Position numbers and translations under genes: made by a program
From: Chromera velia
Taxonomy: Eukaryota
Direction: 5' to 3'
NCBI GenBank assembly: GCA_018398765.1
Contig: JAHBMJ010000321.1
Location: 1 to 64,000 of the forward strand
Length of the DNA: 64,000 nucleotides
The notes under the pieces: model-generated
The model's input: only the letters and a program-made list of their open reading frames with translations
Told to the model about the DNA's origin: nothing
Databases searched by the model: none
Shown here: piece after piece, positions 39,033 to 53,500 of the stretch
Layout of the letters: each line of letters begins with the position of its first letter
Position numbering within the stretch: the stretch's first letter is position 1

Positions 39033-40381
39033 TGGATGCTCGCCTCAACGGCTGATGCGATTTCGCCTGACTGAGTGATGCTTTGATGACAGTCTTGCAC
39101 ATGCAGCGTTACATGCAGGCCGCATAAATGAGGCTGTCTTGAAGCCTTCTCTTGGAGGCAAAGGAACCATGTTCAGTGATGAGACAACCCAAATCGAATC
39201 AAAGTATGCAGTCAATACAGTATTGCATGCAGCTTTGCCTGACGGGACTCTCCACGCAGTTCTTCTTTTCTTTCTCCAATGAAGATCTGTTTTCGTGAAA
39301 CACTTGCAGCAGCCCCCGGTGCATTTAGTTCAATTCGAGCCTACAAAATTAAGTTCAATTCGAGCTTACAACTGAGTTAGTCGTCAGCTAGGTCGTCAGT
39401 CTCTTGATCTAAGCTAGTCTCTCAGTTTTTTATGGGTATTCAAGGTAATTCAAGGATAAGTAGAGTAATGGAACATGTACAATATCATGTACAGGAACGA
39501 AAAAAAAACTAAAGAAAAAAACCGTTTTTCTTCCAAGAGTTGTTTTAAAAAATATAAAACGTGATTAAACGTGATGTTGTTTCTTTGATGTTATCTGACG
39601 TACTATTTCTCGAAAGACTTCTCCAATGTTTAAACCTCCGGGGCTGACATAAGCCTACATAAGCTTAAGCAAGTTTTGATTTATTGATTTTGATTGATTG
39701 ATATGTTCTGCCCTAAGGCCTTCCTATTATGTTTATCTGTCGCCAGAGCTAGCAGGGCGGGGCGTTCCCTAGCCTACTTTTTGTGGACGAAAGATACAAC
39801 AAAGAGAAAATACTTGAAATTTATTGAAATTGAACACGACTGGTGACCACGGACCACAAAATTTGTGTGTAAATTGAAAATTAGGTTGCTACATCGCTCT
39901 GTTTAGCAATCTGGCACTTCTCTTTGCTAGGCGCCACGGTCCCGCCAAAATGTTTATCGATACGCCTGGCACAAAATGTTTACCTTAGGCACAAAATGGT
40001 CAAAAAATATAGGAATCTTTTCCGAGTTAAAATGATGTCTGATGATTTCTGTGCTTTTTCTATCTTCTTGTCTCTTTGCTTGTCACAACCAACATCACGC
40101 CGCTCGCCAGTTTGTCGAAGGGAAACACTGACTGTTCTGTAAGAGGAGGGACAGCTTGTAATCGAAATCGGAGAATTGGTTGGCATACCGAAAGGACTGT
40201 TAGAGATATTTTTGTATATATATTTAAAGGCTGGGCGTCTCCGGACGTCTTGGCTGCGTGTCAATGGCTTTCGACACAAAATATTGAAAGACCTGCGAGC
40301 ACTGAGCCAATTGAGGTTGGCCCCACATTTTTGAAGTGACATTTTCTTTCCACTTGAGTTGTGTTTTTGTCTCTGTTCGAA

Positions 40382-42261
40382 ATGAGACAGGGGAAATCGA
40401 AAAGGCAAGAGCCCCTCTGGGCCCATCAGGAGTATATGCTGCAGAAGACGCGTAACCAAAATGTGATTGTGTTCCTCCCGACAAACACCGGCAAGACCAA
40501 AATCGCCTGTCGACTTATCGAGGAGTTTGCGTTTGCTGACGAGGCAATTTTGAAGGGCAAAAGTTCAGACTCGTTTCTCCGAAAGCCTGAGAACAGACGA
40601 GCGACTTTGCTGAAGAGCAAGTTGATTGTCTTCCTGGCCCCGAAAGTCCCTCTTGTGCAGCAGCAGGCTGACGCCCTACGGAAAGAGGCCGACCTCAAGA
40701 TTTGCGTGAGGACAGGGCAGGTCCACTACGTCGATCCCGAGGACCTGGAGTGGGACGAGAAGGACTACGATGACCCGAAGACGTGGAAAGCCATCAGGGA
40801 AGAGCTGCAGAAGATGGCTGAAATCGAAGAGAAGGAGAGTCAGAGGGAGAAGAAGGAAGAGACGGAGGACGGGAAGAAGGGAGAGGAAGAAGAAGATGAC
40901 GACGAGGAGATCCATGTGCCATGCCAGGGCCCTCCCCGGGTCTTCTTCATGGTCCCCGAGGTCCTCCTTCAGTACATGGAACACGGGTTGATCAGAATGA
41001 GCGACATCTCCTTGCTGGTTTTTGACGAGTGTCACCACGTAAAGTCAGAAAAGGACCTCTACCACATCATCATGCTCCACCACTACAGGGCGTGTCCGGT
41101 CAGTCTGAAGCTAGGGAAAGGGTGTGTGCCCTCTTTCTCTTTTTCTGCAAATTCTCTCCGTCTCTCTGTCGCTTTGCCTGCCTATCTTCCCTCCCATTTC
41201 ACCTTTCTGCTTTGAATGGTGACTGGTGCGAGCACTGAGCGAGCTTTGCCTCCATATTCCTTGTTGGCTTCTATTTGTGCGTGCTTGTCTGCGTCTTGTC
41301 TTTCTGCCCCGGCTCGTATCTGTTCGTCTGGCTTTTTCTATTGGTCTGTCTCTCTATTTCTTTCTGTCGACCCCCGCAACCCTTCCGTCCTGCGCCCATC
41401 GCTGTCTGTCTGTATCTGTTTGTTTGTTGCGTGAGAGAGAGAGCGCGCGCAGGTCGATGAGCGGCCTCGAGTTCTCGGCCTCTCTGCCGTGGGCATTCCC
41501 CTCAACTGGACGGAGTATGAGAAGTCAGCGAAACAGGTCGGTCAGGCAGGTTCCGGAGGGGGGGGGGNNNNNNNNNNNNNNNNNNNNNNNNNNNNNNNNN
41601 NNNNNNNNNNNNNNNNNNNNNNNNNNNNNNNNNNNNNNNNNNNNNNNNNNNNNNNNNNNNNNNNNNNNNNNNNNNNNNNNNNNNNNNNNNNNNNNNNNNN
41701 NNNNNNNNNNNNNNNNNNNNNNNNNNNNNNNNNNNNNNNNNNNNNNNNNNNNNNNNNNNNNNNNNNNNNNNNNGGGGGCGGGGGGGGAGGAGCGTTGTCA
41801 TGCCGGTCGATCAGTGAGCTTGTGAGAGTGCAAGCAAGTGCAAGGGAACGGTGCAGAGAGGCGTGGGGGTGAAATGGGCGGCGCAATTGAGACTCGGGGT
41901 CACTTGAATAACGGAGAGGAGCCAGAACGCAACATGCATTGAGACCTGCATTCATGGAGCGGGTGTCACCCCTTTTTGTGAAATGGTGCGAAATGCAGGT
42001 GGCCACCCGTGTGCTGATCCGAGATAAGATCTTTATGATCGAGAACTCCTATGCGGCCAAGCTCGTACCCCCTCCAACGAAATGGAAAGGATCACCGGAG
42101 GTCTGTGTGATTCTCCTTTTCTCTTTCTTGTTTTGTTTTTTTCTTCTTGTCTGGTTTTGTGTTCTCTCTTGATTCCTTCCCTTCACTTTTTCATTCCTTT
42201 CTCCCTTCTGTCTGTCCGTTATTCCCTTATTTCTCAACTTACTTGTGTGTGTGGGGGGCGA

Positions 42262-42293
<32 letters not shown>

Positions 42294-45200
42294 TTGTAGG
42301 GTTGGGAGGGGGGAGGTGTCTCTTGTGTGTTGATCTTTCCATCGATTGAACTCTTCGTCAATTTCGCCTGCCGGATATGTCTGTCCTTTGTGAGGCGGAA
42401 GGGGGATTTTCGAAAAGAAAAAAAAAAAAAGTCAGCTCCTGTCTCAATCTGTTTTCTGCGTCCCCCCTTCGCTGCAAAAAGGAAAGAAACCACGACAGAG
42501 ACAACAAAAGATTCTTTCGTCCCTTTCTCTGTCCCCCCTTTTGTGCAGGTTCCTCTTGTCTGTTTTGAGGTCCAAAAAGGGTGCAAAGCGATTGAAGCCG
42601 ACGAGCAAGAGGACGGTCACTCCCTTCCCGCCCACCACCACCTGAAGGGACCTGACCAAGCAGCTCTGGAGGACATCAGAGACACCATCTCAAATTTGAC
42701 CAGACCCGGGTGGGTCCCTCTCTCCCCTCGTGTGTGTGTCTCTTCTCTTTTTTCGTTTTCGTTTCGAAAAGGCTGACCGATCTGCTGGAGGCAATCGCAC
42801 AAACAATCCGGGTCTCTTTCCCTGACCAAATTTTTGGATGGAAGCAGCTTGCGGATCCCCCCCCCCTCATTTCTTCCCCCCCGTCCTGTCGACGATCTCC
42901 CCCCCTCATGCTGTCTGTGTGCTGGTTTGTTGGTGGGATCTGCATGGTTCTCTGTCTATGGAGCAATGCGAGTTCTCTGTGATTGTTTCTCAAAAATCCT
43001 CCCTCATTGAAGTTCTCCATCTGCCGTCTGATGGTCTACATGTTTTTGTTTATACCTTTTTGAATTTTGCTTGCAGGTTCCGAATGGACCATTTCGATGA
43101 TTACCTCACGAGACAAGCCGTAACGATCGAGCGCGTGTTTGAGCAGGAGCTGGTCAAGCAGAGTGAGAAGGAATGGTCAGAATTGAGGCGGAAGGCCCAG
43201 AAGGGGGAGGCAGAAGCGGTGGGGGTGAGGAAGTCCAATGCTGCTGTGCCTCTTGGGGAGATGCTCGGCTGGGTCTCTCAAGCTCTGTCTGATCTCAAAC
43301 GGTTCTTTCCCCTCTCGTGCTTCGACAAAGAACGGTATGATCTCGATCTCAGGTGGAAGGTCAGCTGGGGGGTCCGGGGGGAGAGATGCATCGCTCTTTG
43401 TTTTTGTTTCTCACTCGAATAAGTTTGCCGTGTTGTTGCACCGCGTGCGCAGATATTTTCTTTTTTTGGCATTGCGTAGTGGAGATCCCTTTTTCGTTAT
43501 CTGTTGAGACTGCAGCCTCGTGCCCCTTCTCTCCATTCATTCATGTATGTCGTCGATCCATCCGTCCCTTCCCTGTGTGCTCTCCCGTCTCTGTCTGTGT
43601 GTGGATCTGTGTCAGGAGAAGTTCAAGAAGGCCGAGGAGGTGCTGGACGAAATGGGCGTGTGGGGGCTGTACCATTTCTTCGGGGAGATGTTGGGGCAGG
43701 CCAATGAGGAGAGGATGAACGAGATTTGGGCAGATGAGTCGGAACAGGAGAAGGATGACGAGGTTGATGTTGAGGGGAAAGGGAAGGTGGCGGGGGGGGC
43801 GAGTCAGGAGGAGGAGGAGGAGGAGGACAGTGATGCAGAAGAGGGTGAAGAAGAAGAATACACGGACAGGGATGATCTGGAAGAAGAAAATGAAGAAGAC
43901 GTGCGAGCGGAAGCTGTGGAGAATGGCAAGAAGGGAACAAAAGAACGGAAAAAGGAGGAAATGTCAGTGAGTGAGTTGACCATGAAGAAGATATTGATTT
44001 GGGCTAGAGGGGGGGAGAAGCAGTATATTGCTGCACAACATAAGTCCCCCCACGTTTGTCGATGATTTGGGATTTTCGTCTGTCAGCGGAGTCCGATTTT
44101 TGTAACTGTTGGCATATCCCTTTTGTTTGTTGACGCTGTCTTTTGCCTGATTCCACTGGTGTTGTTTGTTGCTTCTCTCTTCACGAAAAACTGAAGGGGA
44201 CCTCTCCCTGCCTCTTGCTCTCTTGCTCTCGGGTGCACATGAATAAGTTGATTAGATATGCGTGGCGTTGGTATCGCTCTCTGGCCTACTGTTTGCGCAT
44301 GTGTGTCGTTTCTTGTACTTTCTTTTCTTTCTTTCTTTGCAGAGGGAAGAACAGGGGGGGAAGAGAGGCCCAAAAGTACCTGCGGACTCTGCGAAACGAG
44401 AAGTTGCAGGAGGGGCTTCTCCAGGTGGGCCCAAAAGACCGCAACTGTTGGGTCAACGACCGTCTCGACATCATCACCTTGGGCCTGATGAGACTACGCA
44501 TCCCTGACCTCGAGGAGAGGATCGCGGAGGCCATGAAGGTGGGTGGGAATGTATGGGGACGTGTCTCAGAAAATTAAAAGAAGAAGAAAGGGAAAGAGCG
44601 AGAAGAAGATAGAATCGGGCCACAAGTATGAATTGAACAAGGTTCCATTGAGAGAGGCATACGAGGTTCACTGATTCACTCATCTCCTTCTTTGGTCGGC
44701 AAACGGCGTGTAAATGAGGGCGGGGGGGAGTCAACAGATTCGACGAGAGACCGAGATCAAACTTGTATGCGGTCTACTCAGGTTTGCGTCCTTCCTTTTT
44801 TGTTGTTTTTGTGTCCAGTGGATCGATCTTGTCGTAACGCATTGTCTCCTTCTACTCAATCCATTTCCTTCTTGTGCGCTCGCTTCTCTCATGTTCTTCT
44901 ATTAGTAGCATCTCCCTTTCTGCCGTGTGCCTGGTGCAGTGTCTTCAAGACATGGGGGATGTGTGTGTGAGTGATGTGAACAAAAAGAACACCGCGTGGA
45001 AGGCCGTGAGTGACAAGCTGCTGGTGCTTCGTACCGTCCTCCTCGAAGAAATCCATTTCATCGTTGGAGGAGGGAGGGGGGGGGAGAGGGAAGGCGTCCT
45101 GCCAAAGTCTGGCTTGACCGCTGCTGCAGATCTCTCAGCTGGTGAAGATGTGAAAGTGAGTCCAGAGGCAGCAGCACTGAAGTTGACCCGGCTCGACCTT

Positions 45201-47614
45201 CTCCGCATGTACTGGAGTAAGTCTGTCGAAAACAAAAACCTCGAGCGAAGTGACTCGGAAGGGGCGAAAAAGGACGATGACCTCGGATTTCGTATGGAGA
45301 TTCCCCGCAGCGCTGCACATTTGGTGAAACTGCCAGGGGAGGCTCCTGATCTCTATTGCCCCAACTGCCTGCAGTACCTTGCCAGACTTCCCAGAGAGGC
45401 AGGAATCGCCGCAGAGCAGAAGGAACGCGAGTTGAAAAAACACGACTTGTCGGGGTCTTGCAGTTCTTCTGCGCGAGCTGAAAACTTTCGTTTTCTTCTC
45501 CGAAGAATGCGCAAAGCGTACAAGAAGCTCTCCGACAAGCACCCTGACCTGCTGGACGAAGCAACCCAAATTGCACGCCCCCCCCTCCCCCCTCCTCCCA
45601 ATCCTGCGGAGGTAGCGGATCAAGTTCGTGACGTTGAGCTGAGACAGGAGGCTGACTTGAAGTGCATCATTTTTGTGAACACGCGATACAAGGCTCGTTT
45701 GGTTGCCCGATTCCTCGCCGCACTACGTCTGTGTCGAGTTGGCTGGGTCACTAGTGCAGCCCCGGGGGGGGTTGGTGGCTCTACGGCTACTTACGGGGAT
45801 CGGATGAAGGGTTAGTCGGTTGGTCTGTTGTTTTGTCAGTGTCCTTTTTCTCGGAAGTGTTTGTATGCAAGTTGGCAGAAATAGATGAAAGGGGGGAGAG
45901 CAGTCCGGCTGCTTCCTTTCTTCTTTTTGTTTTCTTTCTTTCCTGACAACAGCTCAACAGCTCCTTTACTCCTTGGATACTGCAGCTTGGGAGAGGCTTT
46001 TTGCCTTTATCTCATCTTGTGCACTCTTTTCCGTTCGTCCAGCTTGTGCTGCTTTGTGTCCGCACTGTGCGGGCCAGCTTGACGCCTGCAGTCCTCCTTT
46101 CTTTCTGCCCTGGGGAACAGCTAGGTCAATCCCCCAATTGACCCCCGTGCTGCGACGGAGAAAGTGAATGTTCTAATACAATCCGCGGATGATCGTGTGT
46201 TTTGTTTGATTGCTGAGTGCAGTGAGGGAGCAAAAAAGGACCCTCGACAGATTCCGTATCGCCGCCCCTCTGCACCCGGATAACCTGCAGTGCTTGGTCA
46301 GTCACTCGATCAGTTGGCTTTTGGCAGTTGGCAGGGAGCCACCACAGGGCTGAGAGGGCGGGGGCAGCAAGATAGAAGAGAAGAGACAGAGGTGTCCTTC
46401 GGTCGGTGAGGTTTGTCATTGGTGCACTCATGAGTGCATGGATTGCGGCGGGAGTTCCCTTGCTCCTTCTCCGTTGGGCGACTGGTGCTTTGAATTTTTT
46501 CAGCTGGAAGGACTGTGAGCGTTTTCTCTTCTGTGCCTCCTCCCGCGCGCTTGTCTCTGTCTGTCTGTCTGTCTGTCTGCCTGCGTGTCTGGCAGGAGAC
46601 AAAGTTCACATAGTCGTTGAGTGTCCGGCAGTGCTTTTAGTTATTTGCTTTCCGCCGTTTCAAATCTCTATGTCCTTTGGTTCTTTCTGCCTGTGTGCGT
46701 GTGCGTTTGCGCAGACTGCGACGACTGTGATCGAGGAGGGAATCGATATCCCTTCATGCAATCTGGTGCTGTGCTTCGATATGCCTTCATCTCCAGTGGT
46801 CAGTCAGTCAGTCAGTCAGTCGGTGGTCTCGTTACGTTCATCTTCAGTGCGTTCCTTGTGTCTGTGCTCCTGTCCTCTGATCAATCATTGGCCGTCAAAC
46901 CCGGGGATCGATTCTCTGCTTGCTGCCTCGCTTCGTTCGTTTCTGCCCAACTGGTTGTGTTGCTTGATTGATACCTTTTCTCTCTCTGTGATGTTTCTTT
47001 CTCTCTGCCACACGCTCTGACACAGAAGGGGCGGGAGAAGTGGGGGGTCCTTCGGTGTGTTCGTTCGTTTTGCTCCAGAGCTCTAGAGCGTAGGTTGGTT
47101 TTCATCTCTTTGTTCGTGTGCTCGCTTTCTATCAGTTCCTCCTTCCATAGCACGGGGACGTCGGCTTCTGTTCGATCGTTCCTATCGTCGGTCCGAACTT
47201 TACTGGGTCCTTCTCTCTCTCGTCCTTCTGTTTCTCTCCCTCCCCTCCCCCCTCTCTCTGTGTGTGTATGAGTGTGTGAGTGAGTGAGTGTGTGCGTGCA
47301 GGAGAACATTCAGAGGAGAGGACGAGCGAGGAGGGAGGGTGCTCGGTATCTCTGGATGAAGCCGTCGGGGCAGTGCGGGGCAACGGTGACACAGCGGAAC
47401 CAGTCTCTGAAGGACGCAGAGGACGACCTCTACCTGCTCACCCAGAGCGAGACAGGGTTCGGCAAAAGCGCAGGAGAAAACAGACCGGAAGACGCGGGGA
47501 TCTGCCTGGGAGCGCTGCACGTGAAGGTCAGTGAGGGAGTGTGTGTGTGTGATGTGTTTGTCAGCGTGTAGAAGCCCGTGTCGACATCCACTTCGTGTAT
47601 TGGCCCTTTGTGCT

Positions 47615-47654
<40 letters not shown>

Positions 47655-48480
47655 TCTGTTACGAACGAACTGCATGTCTATCACGCTGCGTGAATGCATG
47701 ATCTCACCGCCATGTCGCTCTTCTCTCCTTTCTGTTCTGTTCTCCCACTCGCATCTGCGAGAGACGCACTCGGCATGCTTTGATGCAGTCCTCTGGAGCC
47801 CTGGTTCCTCTCGACCGTGCGAAGGTTTGTCTTGAGAGGACGTTCGGTCGGGCAGGCAAGGAACTGCCCTCAAAGTGGTGGGACGTTTCGGGGGACTCGT
47901 ACGTCCGTCTTCCGTACCTTCCCACGAGGCTGGAGGCTAAGGATAAGGACCCGAATCTGACCAAGGGGGAGAGGGAGGCAAACGAGAAGAATGAAGAAGA
48001 GAAGAAGAAGAGGGAGAAGGAGATCGAAGAACTGAAAGAACTGGAAGATGAGGCAGGGGTGAGCGTCACCCCTGACGGACTTCTTGAGATTCGGTGGGAC
48101 GGTCAAGATCCGCTCGGTGATTTGAGTATCCAGGGGACAGAGGGGGCGTTTGCGATAGACCACAGTCTGGACATCAATCAGAGGAGCAGCCTGAGAGCCA
48201 AAGTCATGAGCAGAAAAGTTCTCCAAGCGCTTGTCAAGGTCGGGCGGGGGGTCTCCATGTGGGGGGGGAGGGGGATCGGGGGGGGGGACGGGATGCATTT
48301 TTTTAAGTTGTCAGTGCCCCGTTTCACGGAGGTTTGAAGAGAGCAAAAGTAGACTACAGCAACTCTTGTGCGTACATCTTGCTGACTTCAAGATTTCGTC
48401 AACCGGCCTGCTGAAATTCTTCATTTTCAGACAAATCTCTGGCAGATGCGAGCAGGAGAAAGAAACACCACCTACACAAG

Positions 48481-48541
<61 letters not shown>

Positions 48542-48546
48542 ACACA

Positions 48547-48598
<52 letters not shown>

Positions 48599-50140
48599 GG
48601 GAGAGAGAGGGGGAGAGAGAGAGAGAGGGCGCACACTCCCTCGTCCTCTCTCCCCTTCTGCTCTGCAGTGCCGACGACTGAGTGATCACCTCCTCCCTCA
48701 CACACCTCCTCTCCCCATTCCGAAGAGACAGAGGATGAAGGCGGGCATCAACGAGCAGGAGAAGACCCTGTGGAGGGAGTTGCCGGACTGCCTCCTGGAG
48801 CCTGACACATTCAGCAGACTCTACCAACGCCACCCCATGAGCAAGGCAGGCTCTGTGCGCATGTACCTGCACCATGTCTTCATCTACCCCTCGCGTGAAT
48901 ATTCAGATGTGTACAAGATGGGAGGACACTTCGGTTGGTGGTTGCGCCTTTGGAAGGAGAAGCTTGCTGTGGCAGTTCCAGTCCAGTCATCCGGAGACAC
49001 TACGAGCGCCGAGACGGCTACGGAGTCCGAAAGTGTGTCCCAGAGACACCGAAAAGCCGGGAAAGCCCGGCCATCCAGTGCCGCACCGGAGAAGAAGAAG
49101 AGAAAATATCAGAGTGTAGAGACGTATATGTGGGGAGACAGGCAGCCCGACTCGCGGCCTCCCGACACTTTTGAGTACAGCGAGAAAGCCGTGCTGATGA
49201 GTCTTGCTCTCCTTCTCCCCCAGCCTCTGCGGGCCCCCATCAGCTTCCCCGCCTTTCACCCCCCAGACTGCAGAGAAATCACCGGGGGGGAGGAATTGAA
49301 GGTCGAGATTGTGGTGGCCAAACGTTCTCGACAGACACCAACAGGCAGGGAGGAGGAGGAGGCCCCAGTGCATTTCGACATCGACTGCAAGAAAATGGGA
49401 ATTCTGAAGGTGAGTGCCTCGGGTAGGGGGTCAAGTAGAGGGTGTTAGTAGTACAAGAATACATTGCGCATGTGTTTGTGTTGCTGTGATCCCAGCAGGC
49501 AAGCTTGTGGACAATTTTCTTTCTCTTCGTGCGTGTCCATCCGTTTCTTGCCATCATGTGTTCTTTTCAAACAACAGCGGTTGCCTTGGGCTGTTTAAAA
49601 AACAACGAATGTCGGACTTAACCGGTGTTTGTTTTGGATCTGGATCACGTGTTGTCTGCAATGCTCACTTTCTGTGGAAGAAAACAGAAAAGAAAAAACC
49701 GACACGTTATTCTTTGATTTGATTTGATCCCCCTCACCCAACCTCATGCATGTTTTTGTGGTTGCATGCATGAAAGCAGCGTCTGAAGGGCAAATACCTG
49801 AACCTCCCGCACATCGACGCGTTCCAACCGACTGAAAACCCGGTGCTCCTCAACCCGTTAGCTCTGGTGACGGCAGAAGACCCAGCAGACCCCCTCAGAC
49901 TCCAGGCACGCCGCCCTCTCTTTCTCTTTCTTTGTGTGTATGCAGTCTCCTCGTGTGCTTTGTTTCTTTTGCCTTTTCGTTTTCTTGTAATCTTTTCTTT
50001 CTTCGCATGTGTGTGTCTCTTTTGTCTCTCCTTGTTTTTTATTGTTTCTGTCTCTGCGGGGAAGGAGCGATGAATCGATCAGACAAGACATACGCAGATG
50101 CACTCTTCCTTCCTGCCCCGGAACTCTCTCTCTTTTTCTT

Positions 50141-50180
<40 letters not shown>

Positions 50181-50543
50181 TGTGTGTATGCAGGATCCCT
50201 GTTTCTTCCCCGTGCCCATGACAGAGGACCCTTTCGAGATCGACTGGACATTCTCGGAGGGTCTCTGGGAAGTCCGGTGCTTCGGATCCGATCCGCGAAA
50301 GTACGTGAGTGCATGAGTGTCGAGGGGAGTGGAGCAGTGTGTGTAAATGCGTGTAAATGCGTGGGCGAGCGAGCGTGCCTGTATGCATGTGGGTGGGTGG
50401 GGGCTTGGCTGTGTGTGTACCAGTGGGTCCAAGTCTTCGCTTTGAAGGGAACAGAAGAGCCAGAAGGGAGGGACTCTTTCGGTATCTGGTGCTCCCTGAG
50501 TAGATGTGTTCATGTTTACAGAGACTGGGCCGCTTGTGTGCAC

Positions 50544-50574
<31 letters not shown>

Positions 50575-53500
50575 CCCCCCCTGCCGCTCCATGCATGCAG
50601 GGGCAAGGTTCCCTCCTGGCTGCATCTGATGGATCGCTTCCCTGCGGAGGTGCGTGAGCTCCCTTCTCTCCCTTCTGACTGGGTGGAGAGGTCGGAGGGC
50701 CTGGACGACTCTTCCTTTCCTGCCGGGTGTCCCCAGCCGGAGACGCGACTTGCCAGAATGGTGCAACACCTGAGCACCAGAGGCCCAGAGCCGTGGGTGA
50801 TGAGAGAGAAGGACAGGCCGTGGCTCTACTGGGTGACGACCAGAATCGAACACGGCGTCGATCCATTCTCGTCAGTCAGTCAGTCAGTCAGTTCACTCAG
50901 GGGCTCGAGGGGAGGGGAAGGGATTGAACGATGCTGTTTCTGTGTGCAATTACCGAAGTTCTCATTGTTTAGGGCCGTTTTTTTGATTTATTTTTTCTCA
51001 CGTGTGTATGTCTGTTCAAAGCATAGACCGAAAGAGACACAACCATCCCCCCTGGCCCGTCTGTCTGCCTTTATGGATGCAGATACGGATGCGAGGCAGG
51101 CACGATCGCTGACTACTACGAGAAATTCAGAAGGCCCGCAGCTCAGGTCTCGAAGACGAACCGCATGGTGCTCTCGGGAGACAAAATCAAGCAAGTCAGT
51201 CAGTCAGTCAGTCAGCACCCCTATGCATGTCCATGTCCTTTTCAGAAGATCGAACAATACGTTAGGACACTCACGAGGAGAGGGACGAATCCCACTGAGT
51301 CCATGCATGCAGTGCGATGCTTAGACCAGTACAGAAAGGGAACGTCTGTGACTTACGTTTTGACCCAAATACCCGCTCGGAACAGGAAGTTGTCTTTCAG
51401 GCCTTTTTGCCTTTTGTTGTCTTGCCTTCTTCGTGCGCATGGCGCTCAACCGAATCCTTTGCAATTCGATGTTGATTGACCTGCTCCTCTCCCTCCTCTC
51501 TCTCTCTCTCTCTCTCAGGGTCCAAAGAACATTCTCTTCCCCCCCGTCGCCTCAGTCCTGAAGGAGAAAGGAGAGAGAGACCTCAACGACGCCCACTATC
51601 AAGCCCCCAAGAACCTCCCTCAGTTCGTCACTCCCATTCCAATCACTGGCCCAATGTGGAATGCCCTCTGCTGGCTGCCTGCCATCGTCTCCCAAGTCGA
51701 GAGATTCGCGAAGATCCAGGACCTCCACGTCTGGCTCACACAGGTAGGTCGGTTGGAGGTCATATGGGCGCGGGGGGGGGGAGGGCTGTGTACAGAGCGG
51801 AGAACATATGATGCTCACACATGCAGTGTGCATGCTGGGTGGGTAGTTCTATCACCGGGTTCAACATCTTGTCAAAGGAAGAGTGCCCGCCCGAAGAAAC
51901 AGGGAAAACACGATTTCGTGGTTGAACAAATGGGATGAAGTCTCCTATTGACAACATACAAAGAAAGAAGAAGGAGGAAGAGAAAGAGACATGGTGCGTG
52001 GGTGCGCTATGAGCCTGCGGAATTTTGGCTGTTTTGGCTTCTTCGTTTTTATTCTCGTCAATCCATTCAGTCTCCTCTCCTCTTCTCTCCTTTCGTCCAT
52101 CTATCTCCTTTCCTTCCGTTGCCCCTCCCCTGCTCTCTTTCCGTGCAGCTGTGCAACGACGGCCCTCTGAGGACTCCCCGTGGTCTGATCGGGTGCGAGG
52201 GGGAGGGAGGGGGACTGGAGGATTTCCTCTCAAAGATCAGAGTGCAGCACCCCAATCACCCTATCGCCAGCGAGGTAAGCAAGCTGTATCAGAGACGCAC
52301 TCAGAGAGCTTGAGAAGGGAACATGAGAGTCATTGATCTGTCTCTCACCGCCCCCTTTCCCTCTTCGTTCTGTGCTCCACTCTGTCGCATCGATATTCAG
52401 CTCTTCCGTCTGCACGCTTGTCTTTCCTCTCTGTTCTCCGAGACGCGTTTGCTCTCAGCAAGATAAAGAAAGTCATTCCGTTGAACGACTTTTTGGCCAA
52501 AGTATGCAGTCTCCGTGGACAGACACTCTTCTGATCGTTTCACTAGCTCTCCCTTTCCCTTTTCCTTCGTCTTTTCTCCCACTTGGGTTGCAGTTAAAAA
52601 AGAGGATGGACAGTCTGAGGGAGTACGAGGGAGAGAAAAGTCTGGAGACCCATCTGAAGAACCATCTGACCAAGTTGATTCCTGACACCCCGGCAGAACC
52701 CGACATGTTTCCTGTGGTGGCCCGGAGAGCCTCCACCCTCCTCTCATGTGGGCCCAGAGTACAGGTGGAGTTTGACCTCCTCAGAGAAGCCATGACCTCC
52801 CCTGCAATGGACTTCATGGGCACGAACCACCCAGAGCAAGGCATCAACTACCAGAGACTGGAGTGGCTAGGCGACTCTGTGTTGAAATTCTTGGCCTCTT
52901 TGGGTGTGTTCTTCGACTGCGACAACACCGACAGAGGGCCCCGAGTGGTCGCAAGGGATGAAGAGGCGATCGTGGCTGCAGAGATCCCGGATGATGAGGA
53001 GCTGCACATGCGGACTGCCTCCCTTGTCGCGTTGCGAGAGACCGACGAAGGCAAACTCTCGTACAGGCGCCAGGTGATGATCTCGAACTCTTTCCTCGAG
53101 AAGCACTCCAAGAGACACAGACTCTACTCCTTCCTCGTCTCCAGACCATTCACTCACAGGTCGGTCAGCTGGTAGGAGGGAGGACGCACACGGCTGTTGC
53201 CTTATTCAAGCCATGGGGGGCGTGATGAAGGACGGGAGCCGTCGACCGACAAGTTTCTTCCTTCTTGCTTTGGTCTCTTTTGTTTTCATTTTTTGATCAG
53301 CTCCCCTGCTTTGTCACCAACAAGCTTGAGATCGTTGTCGGAGCGTGCTTCCCGCACTGTTCTTTTTCGTCAAATCGCTCCCGCTTTTCTGTCAGTGTTT
53401 TTCTTCGGGCAGTCAGTGAGCATTTGGAGGGCGAGCAGTTACCTGCAGGACGCACAATTGAGCAGACATGAATTAGACGTCCTTCGTTCTTTCTGTCAAC

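Noticed and set aside
40475..40500. Dicer Walker A reads PTNTGKT rather than PTGxGKT
   Set aside because: GKT and DECH are intact and Asn occurs here in other active SF2 helicases, so this is not evidence of inactivity.
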